From: Camelus ferus
Taxonomy: Eukaryota
NCBI RefSeq assembly: GCF_009834535.1
Contig: NC_045697.1
Span: 49,602,001 to 49,666,000 of the forward strand
DNA length: 64,000 bases
Direction: 5' to 3'
Made by a program: the position numbers and the translations under genes. This document shows, piece after piece, positions 40,585 through 54,770 of the stretch (positions are counted from its first letter, which is position 1; the number at the start of each line of letters is the position of its first letter). The notes beneath the pieces were generated by a model. The model did not search any database. It saw nothing but the letters and a program-made list of their open reading frames with translations, and had not been told where the DNA came from.

Positions 40585-40790
40585 AGTAAGTGTCAGGCAT
40601 TGTGCAAAGCACTTAAATATTTATTCTTATCTAATCCTCACAACCACCCTGTGAGAATGATTACTATTATTCCTGCTTTACAGATGAGTAAATTGAGGCC
40701 TAGAGTTCCTCACCTAAGGTCAGACAGCTATATAAATAAATTAGTAGGGCTGGGCTTTCATTGCAGGTGGACACAATGCAAATCTATAGG
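40585..40790 (-). mobile_element. MIR SINE
   Basis: taatcctcacaaccaccctgtgag...tttacagatgagtaaattgaggcc. Confidence 0.8.
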
Positions 40791-43522
40791 TTTCTTTAGC
40801 CTCTGGAGGGTAATGTAGCTACATCAGAGAAGAAGAATGCTGACTTACGGCACATCTAAATTACATTAGATCCTAGCCTCTTAGCCAGGAAAAAAATTTT
40901 TAAGTTTTTTTTAAATTGTAAGAGACTGGATTATATTTCCCACCCCACCCCCTTTTTAAACAAAAATGTTAAACGTTTATAATTTAAATTTCTGATCTCT
41001 TTAAGCTGTATTAGAATGGATTCATGATTTTTCCACTTGATTTAATAAACCCTTTAATTTTATTTTGTTACTTTGGTGTAATATCCATTTCCTTAATACT
41101 TTTAGCATAGATTATTAATAAAAGGAGGATTAATCTAGTTCTAGGGCATTGGTAGGCATTAATTTAGAAGTAGGTAGGTTAATTTCTTGTAATTATATTT
41201 TGTCTGGAAATTGATTAGTTCATTTAAATAGCTTATGTTCTGTTGAAGTACATATTATGGTTTTACCTGCTGCTGTTGACTTGATTTGATGGTTTCATTT
41301 TTATTGCATATTCTCTTTGACCTTCATTTGTGAGATTTGTCATGTGAGCATACTTTCTGGTTGCATGGAATTAATTGTAAGGCCTTATAGTTGTGTGTGG
41401 TATATTAGCTATTTTACCTTGTTGGAATAGTTTTCATGAAATTGAGCCTGAAGAATTAGTAAGTGCACAGCTCCCTTAGTTGGCATATATTAATCATTTA
41501 TTGAAAGGAATATTGATAAATTTTTTTTGGTCTCATATATTTTTCTTGTATTGGCTTTATCAAGTATCTCTTAAAAGTCAGGTTGTTAAATTAATGTATG
41601 GATTATTTGTAAGATGTTGGAAATTATTTAAATTTATGTTTTTAATTTTAAATCCTTAAAAGATAATGAAGTCCTTTTTTGTTTTGCTACTTGTAGTTAT
41701 TTTCATTATCTGTTTTGAAAAGAGTTTGAATCAATCACCCAGAGTTCTTTCTTTTTCTTTGTATGAGTTTTTCAAATTAAAAATACATTTCCTATTTTTA
41801 GTAACTTCTTAAACATACTAGCTTCATCAAACTTTGTTAGAGCATATCTGTTCTTTAATTCTGTTTTACATTCATAATGAAGTAACTTCTGCTTTTAGGC
41901 CCTTAGTTGAAATTTCTAAATAATTGCCTTTTTCAGATCTGACATTTTCAATAAAGTTATTATGTAGTGTTAAATTTGAAATACAGATAGCTGTAACTTA
42001 GGGCTCCTGGTCAGGCATAGAACATTCACCTACATGTTTTGGGGTAGAGAACTAAAAATGTAATTTAACTTTAAATGAACCAGTAGTTAACTGAACATCT
42101 CTGTGTAACAGCACTGTGCTTGGTTCTTTATGTGGTGTAGAAATGAATTAAGATACGGTTCTTGTAAGAATAAATACGTATTAAAAAAAAGAATAAATAT
42201 GTATAAATTTAAAACTTGGGAGAGTTAAACATTAGCTTTTTTTTTTAAGTAACAAAATTCTAGAACATGGGAAACAACTTTATTTTGAGGGAAATGGGAA
42301 CTACATGAAGAAAACAGAATTGGGAAAATCTGTTAAGAACTGCTAGGATAGGAGATAATATACCTTTTGGTTACAGTGGGTGAAATCACTTATAATAAAT
42401 TGTCAGTTTTTGAAAGAAACATAGCTCTTTGTAACAAAATTGGTCCTTACAAATTATAATATCCCAGTTATATAAATGATGAAAGAGTCTGAGCCACTGC
42501 CTGGACTGAGGTACTCAGAGATGATCAGCCATAAAGACAGGACTGAAATTACTAGCTTTCTGACTTGACACATTTTTCATATTCCTGCTGAGTGTTTTCA
42601 GCATGTATTTTGTCTCTTCCTTGGACCATAAGTATTTGGACAGTAGACAGCCTGAAGAGGTTGGGAATACAGAACATGCCAATGTATTAAGGAAAAGGTA
42701 ATAGCAGATGTGAATGTCATTTTCTTTTTAAAACAGTTACTTTAATTATATGTGTTTAATTTAGCAGTTAGCAGAAACTTTTGGAGGGTACCCTAAAATG
42801 TTCTGTTACTTCTGCCACCTCCAAGAAGCAGTTAAGAAACATTGTTGGGGTCAGTACTTAAATAAATGCACACTTCTCGGCCGTAAGGAAGAACAATAGG
42901 AAACTAAAGGACTTCATTGACTATTTGAGATGCTATATACATGTTCCTATCTTGTTTTTTATGTGCATTTTAACTTCAAGGTAGTATTTTTAGGTGCCAG
43001 AGTATGCCAAATTGTATTTTGAACTATCAAAACACTGATTTTTAAAATTATTTATGGGGTGAGGTTTAGAAGATAATCTGAGTACTATTAAATTTGAAAG
43101 GCAACAAACTAGATAATTAGAAAGTGTCATATATTTTTGTCTTTCTAAGATAAAGATGGCTTTTTATTTTGTATATATGTATTTACATGGAGTGGCTCAT
43201 CTTGCATTTTTGTGATTTTTGTAGCAATACCTTTTATGCTGTCTCTTTGTGGATATAACTTTATTGAAAAAATATGGTTGTAAAAGCAGCTTTTTGTGAG
43301 TTACAGCCTTGTGTGGAAAATAAAAACTTACCCTACAGTCCTAGATTGGTACAGAATATCTTTGTAAAAATTTGTTTTCACATATATAGGATACTATATT
43401 AAAAATACTCTAAACTTAAAATTACCATTATGCCTGCTAGTGACTTGCTGGTGGTTGCTTTACTTGGTTTTTCTCTTATGGAATGTGTGTTTTCATAATG
43501 TGTTTTTTCCCTTATATTGTAG

Positions 43523-43678
<156 letters not shown>

Positions 43679-44362
43679 TGAAACTGAAAAAAAAATTTTT
43701 TTAACTATAATACATTTTATACACAAATCCTTTCAGTACCAGATTACTTAAAGGCTTGAGTAACCTGCTGAATACAGCCAGGGACAAAACAACTTTTAGA
43801 GGATTAGCTGACGTACCACGGAGGCCTGTATTTTGAAGGTGTAATAGAATTTTGAGACAAATTTTATTTGGTTATTGTCACTGGTTGTAAGAAGTCAAAA
43901 CCTAGCTGCCAATAACCTAGTCTCTTACTTAGCACTCTTACCTCTTCACAGATAAACGATAAGCACACCCTGATTCTTCTTATTTTGATTGTCTTAGGTA
44001 TTAAGTTGCCATGATTTTTGACTTGTTTCCATTGTTAGCTAATATATGTAGAACCTCTGAATTCCGTAAGTATGCTTAGATTGCTTTTGGGAGGAGGTGG
44101 GAGAATAGTTTACATCAAATTTAGAATATATAATTTTCCCACAAAAGTAAGATAAGTGATGTGTTGTTAAACTAGAAGTCATGGGAGCTGGGGTTTGTCC
44201 TAGCTTTGCCACTGACTGAGTTTATGATCTTGGGTGAGACCCTTAAATCATGAGATTCTCTTATGCTATTTGGTTACTACATAAATTTTTCCTATGTGAT
44301 GTCTTTTTTTTATATGCCTCACTGTGTTCCTTGTAGTTTTTTGGGAGGATCAAATTCGATTT

Positions 44363-44404
<42 letters not shown>

Positions 44405-44900
44405 TACAGACATGCACAAACCCTAATGTGTATAAAAGGCCTATATAAATGAGATATTATTGCTATTAAATTTACTGATTTGCCTATGGTGTCATACAAC
44501 CAAAGACCAAGTAATTTGTGAACTTCAAAATACTACACAAATACTTAGTTCAAATAGATCTCACTATTTGAGATCTATTTGAAATCTATTTTTATGTATC
44601 TGAAATTGGTTCCTGGGTGATGGCAAGAGTTTGGTTAAGGAGGAATACTTGTATGGCTAATATTTGATTCTCATATAATCAGAGCAGCAGATCTAGAGAG
44701 GGACTGTAGCAATCTAGTCAATACGCTCACTTTCCACTTTTGTGTCATATTGTTCTCTAACTAACCTACTAATAATTGGCACTTCCCCCTCTGTTCAGGG
44801 AACTCACTATCTTACTAAACTAAACTAAAACAGGAATATCAAGTGGTGTTTTTTTTTTAACATTCAGTTGCTTTGAACTAGTTTTTATGTGACACTGTAA

Positions 44901-45122
<222 letters not shown>

Positions 45123-45624
45123 TAATTAGGATTTAAAAAAAAACATTTACCTCTGTATACTGTGTGTATCTCCAGGCACTAATCACCTTTAATTGTTAAG
45201 AAGGGAGTAGAAGGTTGTATCAGAGATTTCCCATTGACTGTACTTAGTGTTGACTTGCCTGGTTCTGTAGAGGTTAGAAGAAAGAGCTAGGTGAACATCT
45301 TAAATTTGGAAATGAGATTCATTTGGCAAGTCAGAAATAGAAAATAACATTGTCTCTTTAAAACTATGTAGGTAACTTTTCTTTTGAAAGCATTAACAAA
45401 AGATGAAGAAGGAAGAAGCAGAAGAGTAACAAGACAGGCTAGTTGGCCTCTAAGGTGAATGACCTATAAAAGTAAATGTACCTTAATTGTCACTGTCACA
45501 ATAGCAGCTTGTGACTTTTATTTTGAAATGGATAAGGAGATTAAGGTATTACATCCTGAACAATTAAAGTCACAAAATATTCTGTTAAAATATTTAACCC
45601 TTGGTGTAATGTATATTTTCACAG

Positions 45625-45743
45625 GTTTTGGAAACGTTGTGGAACTTCGCATCAATACCAAGGGTGTTGGGGGAAAGCTTCCAAATTTTGGTTTTGTGGT
45701 TTTTGATGACTCTGAACCAGTTCAGAGAATCTTAATTGCAAAA
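45625..45743 (+). CDS. G3BP2: G3BP2 coding exon 10 ([39 protein letters not shown]), RRM RNP1
   Basis: ttcacag| ... AAA|gtaagt; 119 nt; [11 protein letters not shown]1 motif. Confidence 0.97.
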
Positions 45744-45966
45744 GTAAGTGACTTAAGGGGCATGATTCAAGACTCTTATTCCTATTGTATATGATGCTAA
45801 TTTGGTGCATTTAAAAACTATAGAAAGCCTTTTTTTTAAACAGTAAAGCTAAAAATAGTTCACTATAAAATGGTATTTATGCAAAGAATAAAGATTTGTT
45901 AGTTTTAAAGTCTGAGGTATGGATTTTATTATTTACTCTGGTGAAGAAAGTTGGAATAGATATTAA

Positions 45967-46350
<384 letters not shown>

Positions 46351-49010
46351 GGCTCCACTGTTGCAAAGTCTTGGCAGTGGTACATTTTTCATCGTGTTTG
46401 CATTCTTGTTAATTTTTTTTGGCTTTGGAATGTGACACAGCCTTTTTGATCATTTCTTTGATGTGAAAAGCATCTTTGGGTTATCAGTTAAATTGAGGTG
46501 GACATTATTTCCCCAGTTTTACAACAGGATTTGCATTGTTAATTTATAAATCTAGACTTGGAGAATTAAGGACTGAGAAGTGACCATATCTTAAACTATC
46601 TACAACAAAGTGAACTTAAAAGGACATGCCCAACTGAATTCAGGTCCTTTGAGTCAAAAAAATCCTCTGCTGCACATTTTGTTTAAGTGTTACTGTTTCT
46701 GCCTATTAATATTGGAAACACAAATAGTGCAATTTGTGCAATTGGAGAATCTTGCCTTTTTTCTTGACTCCCCCCCAAATACAAACCAACAGAAACTTAC
46801 GTATGCACTCATCAGAATGCACTAAATGGGTAGTCTGAACTCATTAACGCTGACATCTGCAACAGGAGGCAACAGGGGAAAAGAAATCTTTCATTTTTTT
46901 TTCCAGTAGAGTATAGTTTGTGAAATGATGAGGGCATTTTATCTGCTTGCTGTGACCAGCGTGTGTACACATAAACCTTAACAAGACTACAAGTATGTTC
47001 CAGAAGGAAATAATTTAGTTATGAACTAAATAACAAAAATCAGAACTTCAAATGCTATGGTCTTAAATATTAGACCAGATTTAGTAGCTCCGTATCTAAG
47101 ATTTTTCTACCTGCCCCTCTTCAGTACAGGGATGGCTGGCTGCTCAACACACTCCTCCTCCCTTTCCTCCTTTCTTTAAGCTGTGTACAGTGAAAATTGT
47201 CTTTACTGTATTTTTGTTCTCTGGTAATGTAATAAGCATGATGGTGCCTTCTATTAATACATCATTCCAGTCTTGCTGGTAATTTTGTACAGTATAGTGT
47301 ATGAATTGCTGTGCTGCAAAGCCAAACAGCTGCAAAATGTTGAAAAATCATTGAAGTGTATAAAAATTGCAGTATCTTTAAAATCAGTAAAATTGACTAG
47401 CATATTATTTACCTTGTTCTTCAGTTAACAACTTTGTGTTCTCCGTGGGAGGGAGTCTTGTGTGTTTGTGAAGGAGAGGGAAGGAGGAAGTCAGTTATTT
47501 GAGTAAGTCTCTTGACTTTTCTCATAACCTGAATGTGAACCTTGAAGCGTATCATTTGAGAGGTGCTTGGAAAAGTCAATCAACTTGATGTACATTTTTA
47601 GTGACATTTAAAAAGCAGTCAGATTCCATAAATGGCAAGTAAACCTGAAGTGAGGATACTGCAATTTTCAGAGAAAAGAACAACAGCTCTTAAGTGTTTG
47701 CATTTTCTATTTGGGGGGCAGGGAACTGTCATTCATTTTGCACAATTCTTGAACTGATGTCAGCACCCGAGTGGCTCTGAATTTAAGTCTGGGACGACAT
47801 CTTTTATTTTTACATGAATCTCTAAACAATTCTGTGAGCAAAGTTTGTAGCTGCTGGATTATTGTCTGTCTTTATAACAAGTTCCAGTAAACCGCACGTA
47901 TGACAAAGGATGTCCAGTTTTACGCTTGGAGCATTCGGTACATACCAGTTTCTGATGTTTCAGGCTAGGAGTGGGGTAAATAAGTGTGACCACTTAAAGC
48001 TGCTTGTTAGCATGGAAGACTTCTCCATTCTGTCTTAGTAAAAACAAACAAAAAACGCACTTGACATAATAGCAAACTGGTTCTAAATTATGAAACTGTT
48101 TGCTATTTAATAAACTAGCAAATGATGCACATAATTTTGTTTTTCATGTACTGGGCAATATAAGTAAAAGTAAATCTGTCCCTTTTTCCCCTGCTTGAAT
48201 GAGGTCTTCCATGTTTGAGGAAAAGTCTTGCACTATTGCATATATTTTGGGGACACAGATTTCTCAGTTTCCATTTTGTGGGGCTTAAGGATTTTTTTTT
48301 TCCTGTTTGAAATACTTTCACGGTTTCTGATGTATAGTACTTGAAGTTCTTACTAGAAAATTACTTTTGAGTTTTGAAGCCTTTATTCAAACTGCTTTTA
48401 AATAAGTGGTTTATCTTCAGTGTTTTGTTTTGTTTTGTTTTTTATAGCATATTTTCCCTCCACTCTTTCATTTCTTTCATATATGTAAAATTTCCAATCC
48501 AACATATTGCCCTGCCACCCATGAAAACTGTTCTGGCACCAAAAGTAACGACAAATGTTAAGTGTAATAGAAAATTAAAGCAAAGAGCCATTCAGCTTCA
48601 GTCTTTACATACCATGAATAAAACATTAAAACATCACATGGAGAAGTTTACATGGTGATTGTTCACCTGCAGTACTGTGGACTTTTAACATTTTGTCCCC
48701 TTTTCAGTGAACCAGAGTAAAATACTCATCTACCATTACTGTTATTTGCTGATTTTTTTTTGTTTGTTTGGATGGTAATATTCTATTCTATCCTTATGAC
48801 ACTATTGCAACCAAATTGGCTTTACCATCTTGGCTTTAGTAGGTATAGAAGACAATGGATTACCATCTTTATTGCTGTAATGTGTTAAGCATTATATGCT
48901 AGTAGTATCTAGTTTAATTGTTTCAGGTGGAAAGTATTCTTTGAGTTTCCATTTTGAATGTGTTTGGACTAAACAAACAATAAACTACTGATGTCTGCAG
49001 CATTTATCTA
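46351..49010 (+). other. G3BP2: G3BP2 3' UTR (end approximate)
   Basis: AU-rich stretch after the stop codon with no recognisable interspersed repeat; AATAAA at 48109-48114, 48617-48622 and 48979-48984. Confidence 0.75.
48979..48984 (+). terminator. G3BP2: Likely distal polyadenylation signal of G3BP2
   Basis: AATAAA followed about 45 nt later by GU-rich ggtttgtgtt. Confidence 0.65.
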
Positions 49011-50929
49011 TGTCCCTAATTTAATCTATAGGTTTGTGTTCCAAAATATTTTCTCCCGATTGCATTTCACACAGCCTAAGTAAAAATAAGGAATTATTCT
49101 AAAACCAACTGATTATTTGTGAAATTAGATGTGTAAAATAAAACAAGTAAGACCTGATTGTTGTTAGAGATTGATCCCAGTTCAGTTAGATAGCTGGCAT
49201 ACAAGGTAAAGGATGTTAGAACAGAATAATAAGTGGTAAGGAAGGTGAGAAGGGTCTAAAGCAGACTACTGACTTTTTTTTTTTTTTTTTTTAATTTGGA
49301 GTTTTCCAAAGAATTGCTACCTCATCTCAGAAGGAAAGAAGAAAAGAAATGGGAAGATTGAGGTTATCTGAAGTTATGGACATGACCCAATTCAGCAATT
49401 GCAACAATCTTGCCAAGCTCTAAAAGAGTATTAAGAGAAAGAATCATTTAGTTATAAATATGAATATATACTTCAAATGAAAAATGAGGTCCTAAAGCAT
49501 ATGTACTTTCAGAACTTTAGACTTTTCCTTCATTAAAAAGGATAGTATAAATGAGTTTTCTGATACATTCATAACACTGTTCATGAAGATTCATTAACTC
49601 AATCTTCACAAATTTATATTTGAGAAAAGCCAGAATAACTATTGTTTAAATACTCTCATGGACGTAAGACTTAATTTTTATAAATGTATATTAAACTCAC
49701 TTTCAATTTTAATTATAATTGTAATTTATCTAATTTTATGGCTGTGGAAAAACATTTTTCAGAGGGGGTAAAATGTATATGCCACACTGTATTGAAAAAA
49801 GAACCAAATTTCAAGGAGCAAAATATCATTTGGTCCAGGAAATCTATGTGGAACAAAGTATTTGAAAGTTTCGGCCACACAGGATGCTTCATTTTCATTG
49901 TGCTATATAATGCAGTCTTTGTATTGAGTGAATAAAAATATAGTGGATAGATGTTCAAAATTTTTCCTTTAAATTAGGACAACTTGTTGATAATTTATAT
50001 TTCAACTACAGGTGAAGACTTTCTTTCATCCTGTGTTTATAAGACTTTCTAATTACGATCAGTTTAATGGCAGTTACAAAGTATTTCAAATTCTTGGATA
50101 AATGAATTATTTATCACATCCTGAGATTGCCCTTTGTGATAGATTTCAGTAGGTTTCATGTAGAGAGTAGTTGTTTAAAACTATTTGCATCCTTAAGTCT
50201 GAGAATTTCCAAGTAATGACATTTCTAGGTATTTTTGACAAAGACTAAAATCTTCCAGTCTATTTATGTAGTGTGTGTGTGTGTACATACCTTATGCTTC
50301 AGAATTACAGGAAATGAAGTCTATTTTTAACATTACTAAATACTGGGCAAAATAAATGGCAGGTTTAGAGTGAAACATTCACAGAAAGATTAACTACTCT
50401 TTGTCCTTGATCTCTTAAGTGTTTTGGTAAAGCTAGCTGTCTGCTTGGAATGCTTCAGCTTTGTGACAATATTCTAACTGCTCCTGTTTTGTGTACTCAC
50501 TGTTGTTGCCCTGAAACCTTCACTGCCTGCCTCCTACACACACACACACTTCTCTGAATGGTTTTAGGAACTATCTAAAACAATGTGTTGGACCCTCAGC
50601 AACTGTTACCTGATAACTGTTTCTCAGTTAGCTGATTTTACTGTCTACCTATCCTGTGTTTCAAACACATTTTTTTAAACCCTTTTTTGCCTTGTTACCT
50701 TTTGAAGTCATAGATAATTCAAAACCCAGAGGTCCAAAACTATTTTCTCTTTCTAAGTGACTTATGCATGCCTGGTTCTCTGATAATGAACAGCTCTAAT
50801 CTGACCTATTTAACCTAGAAATGTTTGAAGTCTAATCTGTTCTGCTGAATACTTTCTCTGTGTCTCTCTCCTATCCATTTTTCAGGTGCAGGAGGTCTTG
50901 TTCCTGCTATTCTGATTAACTTTCATTGG

Positions 50930-53900
50930 CTCATTTAATTCATTAACTATTGAGCTCCTAAGAGCCAGGCACTCTTCTAGGTACTGTTGATAAATGATGA
51001 AATAAACAAGATTTACTGCTCTCAGGTTTAAAAGGATTGAAACTTTGGAGAGAACGAGTGGGTGCATATTTAACAAGGTAGCTATGGGGCCTTGTTGGCC
51101 TTAAGGAGGTTGATCTTTATCCCAAGGACAATAGGAATTTGAAGGTTTTGGTGAGTGGCAGGAAGATAATTCTATTTTGAAATCTCTCTGGCTACAGAGT
51201 AAACAAATTGAAGGATTGAAGAAGCAATGAGTAAATAGGTGAAAGGATGCTAAAGTATTTTAGTCAAGAGCTATGATAGAGTGGTTGTACTAGCTTGTAC
51301 TTGAGTGGTGATGGTAGAAGCCTAAAGAATTTGAAAGACCTGGGGAGTAAAATAAAATGGCCAGGTCTTGGTGAGGAAGAAGTTGGTATCAGAGAATTCA
51401 AAATTTTAACTTGCATAGTTGGAAAAGTAACATGATATGTGAAACACAAGTTAAAAAAACAGGCTTTCATGACGAGGAGGCAAGAGTGCTGTGAAACCGT
51501 TAATGGATTTTGGTGTGAACTAGACCTGAAAAGATAAGGCTATGTAGGAGGGTATGGAATCTTGACAACTTGCCTTTTTAAAAACTGTATAGAATGGTAA
51601 GTTTTATGTATATTTTACTACACACACACACAAACATTCTATGCACATTATATAGAGAGTACAGATAATGCAGAAGAATGAACTCCCACAATCTAACCCA
51701 TAGGTGATCCTTAAAAGTATCTTGGCATGTGTGTGTGTGCTTCTTTATACTATTAAACGTTGCTTTAATGAAGACAAACCATTTAACAGTGTATCGAGTG
51801 TTTATTGAGCACCTCTTGTGTGCCAGGCACTTTTCTTGATGTTGAGGATCCATGAGCAAGATAAGTCTGCAGGGCTCCCTCTGAGCTTATGTACTTGACA
51901 ATGAAGAAGAGTAGTTGTAAATGCTGTGTAAAATAAGATAGTACAGAGCAACTGAGTGGCAGCTTTAGAGAGGTGTTCCCCAGTCACCTAGAGATGACAT
52001 GGAACATAGGAGCACTCCAGTTAGAGGGACTAGCTAGTGTAAAGCCTCCAAAATTGGAAAGGCTTAGAGGGTGATGAGAAGAAGCTGGGATGGGTGGAAT
52101 TGGGTCAAGGGGTGGAAAAATGGTAAGAGGTGAAGTAGAGATGTTGGGACTAGATCATGTAGTCAGCCCATGTAAGGAGTTTATTTGGATATTTTCTTAA
52201 TTGCAACATGAAGCCATGTAGAGGATTGATGGCAGGAGGACCAAGAATGCAAACAGGAGGCTACTGTGATAATTCAAGAATATTATATCTGAGGGAGGGA
52301 AATAAAATTTAGGTTATTTTTCGGCAACTGAATTCAGGTATCTGAAAGGAACTGAAAATGACTGAATAGTTAGCATAAAGATACAAATCAATGAAAAGTA
52401 GATACTTCCACTTAAAATAGTGTAACCAGGAAAGTAGTTATCTTTACATCCATTCTTATCTTTAAAATGAGTTCTACAATATTTGAGGGTAGACTATGAG
52501 TCACATTGCTGGTAGCTTTACATCTGATGTAATACTTAGGCCAAGTAAGGTATAGTTACCTATTTTACACTCAAGGAGACTGAGGCTCAGAAGGGTTATT
52601 GTAGTCAAACTAGCATGAAAGGATTTGAAATACTAAATTAACTAAAAGTGTTGATCTTCTTTAAAGGATGAATAATTTTAGAAAATGGGTTGTAAGCACT
52701 AAAAATTTAAACTTTGAATGCAATGCATTTTTATCCTCACTTCATTTTAGGAAATTGGAAAATCACAGCCTCCAGCATTAGCAGGCCTAAAATTAAGGAT
52801 CCCTTAATCAGGAACTACTACATTCAGGAAGTACAAGCATTAAGTAATGAGGCAGAGTAAAGACTTAGAACAGAAATCAAATGGTGTCAAATACTGTTCA
52901 GAGCTGAGAAAAAAGAATACTTTTTGAGGATCTGTCATTTTATATATGTGATATCTTAATCTGATAACCCTACTAAGTTCTTACTTTTTGTTTTTAAGTT
53001 GGTGAACTAAAGCTTGGAGAGGTAAAAGCAAAGCTCTGCCTGGCATATGGTGATGAGTATAGTGACTCAGAAAACAGGTGTGAGACATTTCAGTTGGGTG
53101 ATTGACTTAACAGGAGAGTGATGTTTCAAAGCAGGCACTTTAAATATTAGCAGCCGAGATGTGTGAAAGAAGAAAGACTTGTTTAGCAGTGTGTGGGTAT
53201 TAGCATCTAACATATGCCAGAAACCTCCCTGGGTGCTGGCTGGCAATACACCAGGTACAGCCCACCCTCAGGGAGCTTATATTTTTTGAGGCGGGGAAGC
53301 AACAAATATAAGTGGTTTCAGTCTTGATTAGTCCTGGGCATAATACGACTCATTAGTCTCAACAGTAATCCTAAGGGGAGGAGGACTATTTTACAGAAGA
53401 GTTATCTCAGGCACAGTGGAGTTAGCTGCTTTTCCAATAGCATGTGGCTAATCGGGTGTAGGACTAGTAGAGGATGAAATAGTGACTGGACTTGAGGCTG
53501 TTCTTAATCATTACAGAGGGTGGTAATGAAAAGTCTCAAGACCACTTGATACCTGAAATGAGGAGAAAGCAGCCTTGAGAAGATCTAAAGGAAGAGCATT
53601 CCAAATAGAACAAGTGCAGAGGCCCTGTGTTTGGAATTGGCTTGTGTTCAAGGGCATTGATGCCATTGTGGCCATAATAATAAGCAGATGATACCAAGAG
53701 GTAGGTAACAGCTAAATCGAGGACAGCTGTGTATTTTGGATTTTACTCAAAGTGGGATTGTAAGGATCTGGGCAAGAAAGTGATGTGATCTGAATTAGTG
53801 AGGAGCCTGTCAGGAAGAGATGTTGGGTGATGGTGATGGTGGCTTGGATTAGGGTTGTAGCAGTGAAGACAATGATGAACGGTCTTAATTAGATAATCTG

Positions 53901-54250
53901 AGATACAACCTACAAGACTTTTTTATGGATTGGATTTTGAATGTGAAGGAAAGAAGGGATTCAAGGATGACTCCTGGGATTTTTATGCAACTTGGGTAGA
54001 AGGCAATATTCTATTGAGATAGAGGAGCAGGAGTGAAATGTGAAGGGAAAGTCAACAGTTCTCTTTTATCCATGTTAAGTTTATTATGCCAATAGATATC
54101 CAAGAAGGAATGTCAGATAGTATGATTTGGGAATTCTGAGGAGAGCTCCATGCTATGACTGGTCAGAATAGGTCTTTGCAGCTATTGGGTTAGATGAGAT
54201 CATCTAGGAGGAGAGTGTACAAAAGAAGAGGCTAAGGACTGAGCCCTTAC
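50930..54250. mobile_element. Cluster of L2 and MIR fragments between G3BP2 and CDKL2
   Basis: tttattgagcacc...tgtgccaggcact, gatggtggcttggattagggt and tcaaggatgactcc motifs. Internal boundaries not resolved. Confidence 0.6.
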
Positions 54251-54494
54251 AGTAGCCCAGTTCTCTTCCTCACTTTAGCAATCATCTCTGTTAAATAACT
54301 CTTGGCAACAGTCATTCTCTACATATTTTGACATCTCAAAACAATGTGCTTGGGTCAGATTATTGCCCCAAAATTAAAAAAAAGAAACAAACCATCTTTC
54401 ACTTAGGGCCCACGATTGATCACAGGCATCACTTCAATTGAGTCCCAAGTGAATAGAAGGGCCATAAAATCTTCAGACTACAAAAAGTAAGGTT

Positions 54495-54770
54495 TCACTT
54501 AGTATAATGTTTTCAAGACCCATCTGTGGTTTAGTGTCTATGAATATTTTGTACCTTTTTATGGCTGAATAATATTCCATTGTATGGATATAGCACACTA
54601 TTCACTGGTTGATGGACATTTGAGTTTCACTTTTTGGCTATTAAGAATATCAATTTATATGAATATTAGTACTGCTATGAACATTCATGTACAGGTTTTT
54701 GTGTGAACATATGCTTCATTTCATTTTTCTTGGGTATATCCCTAGGAATGGAATTGCTGCTTCATATGGT
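54495..54770 (-). mobile_element. L1MB-type fragment
   Basis: tttttatggctgaataatattccattgtatggatata ... cctaggaatggaattgctg. Confidence 0.8.
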
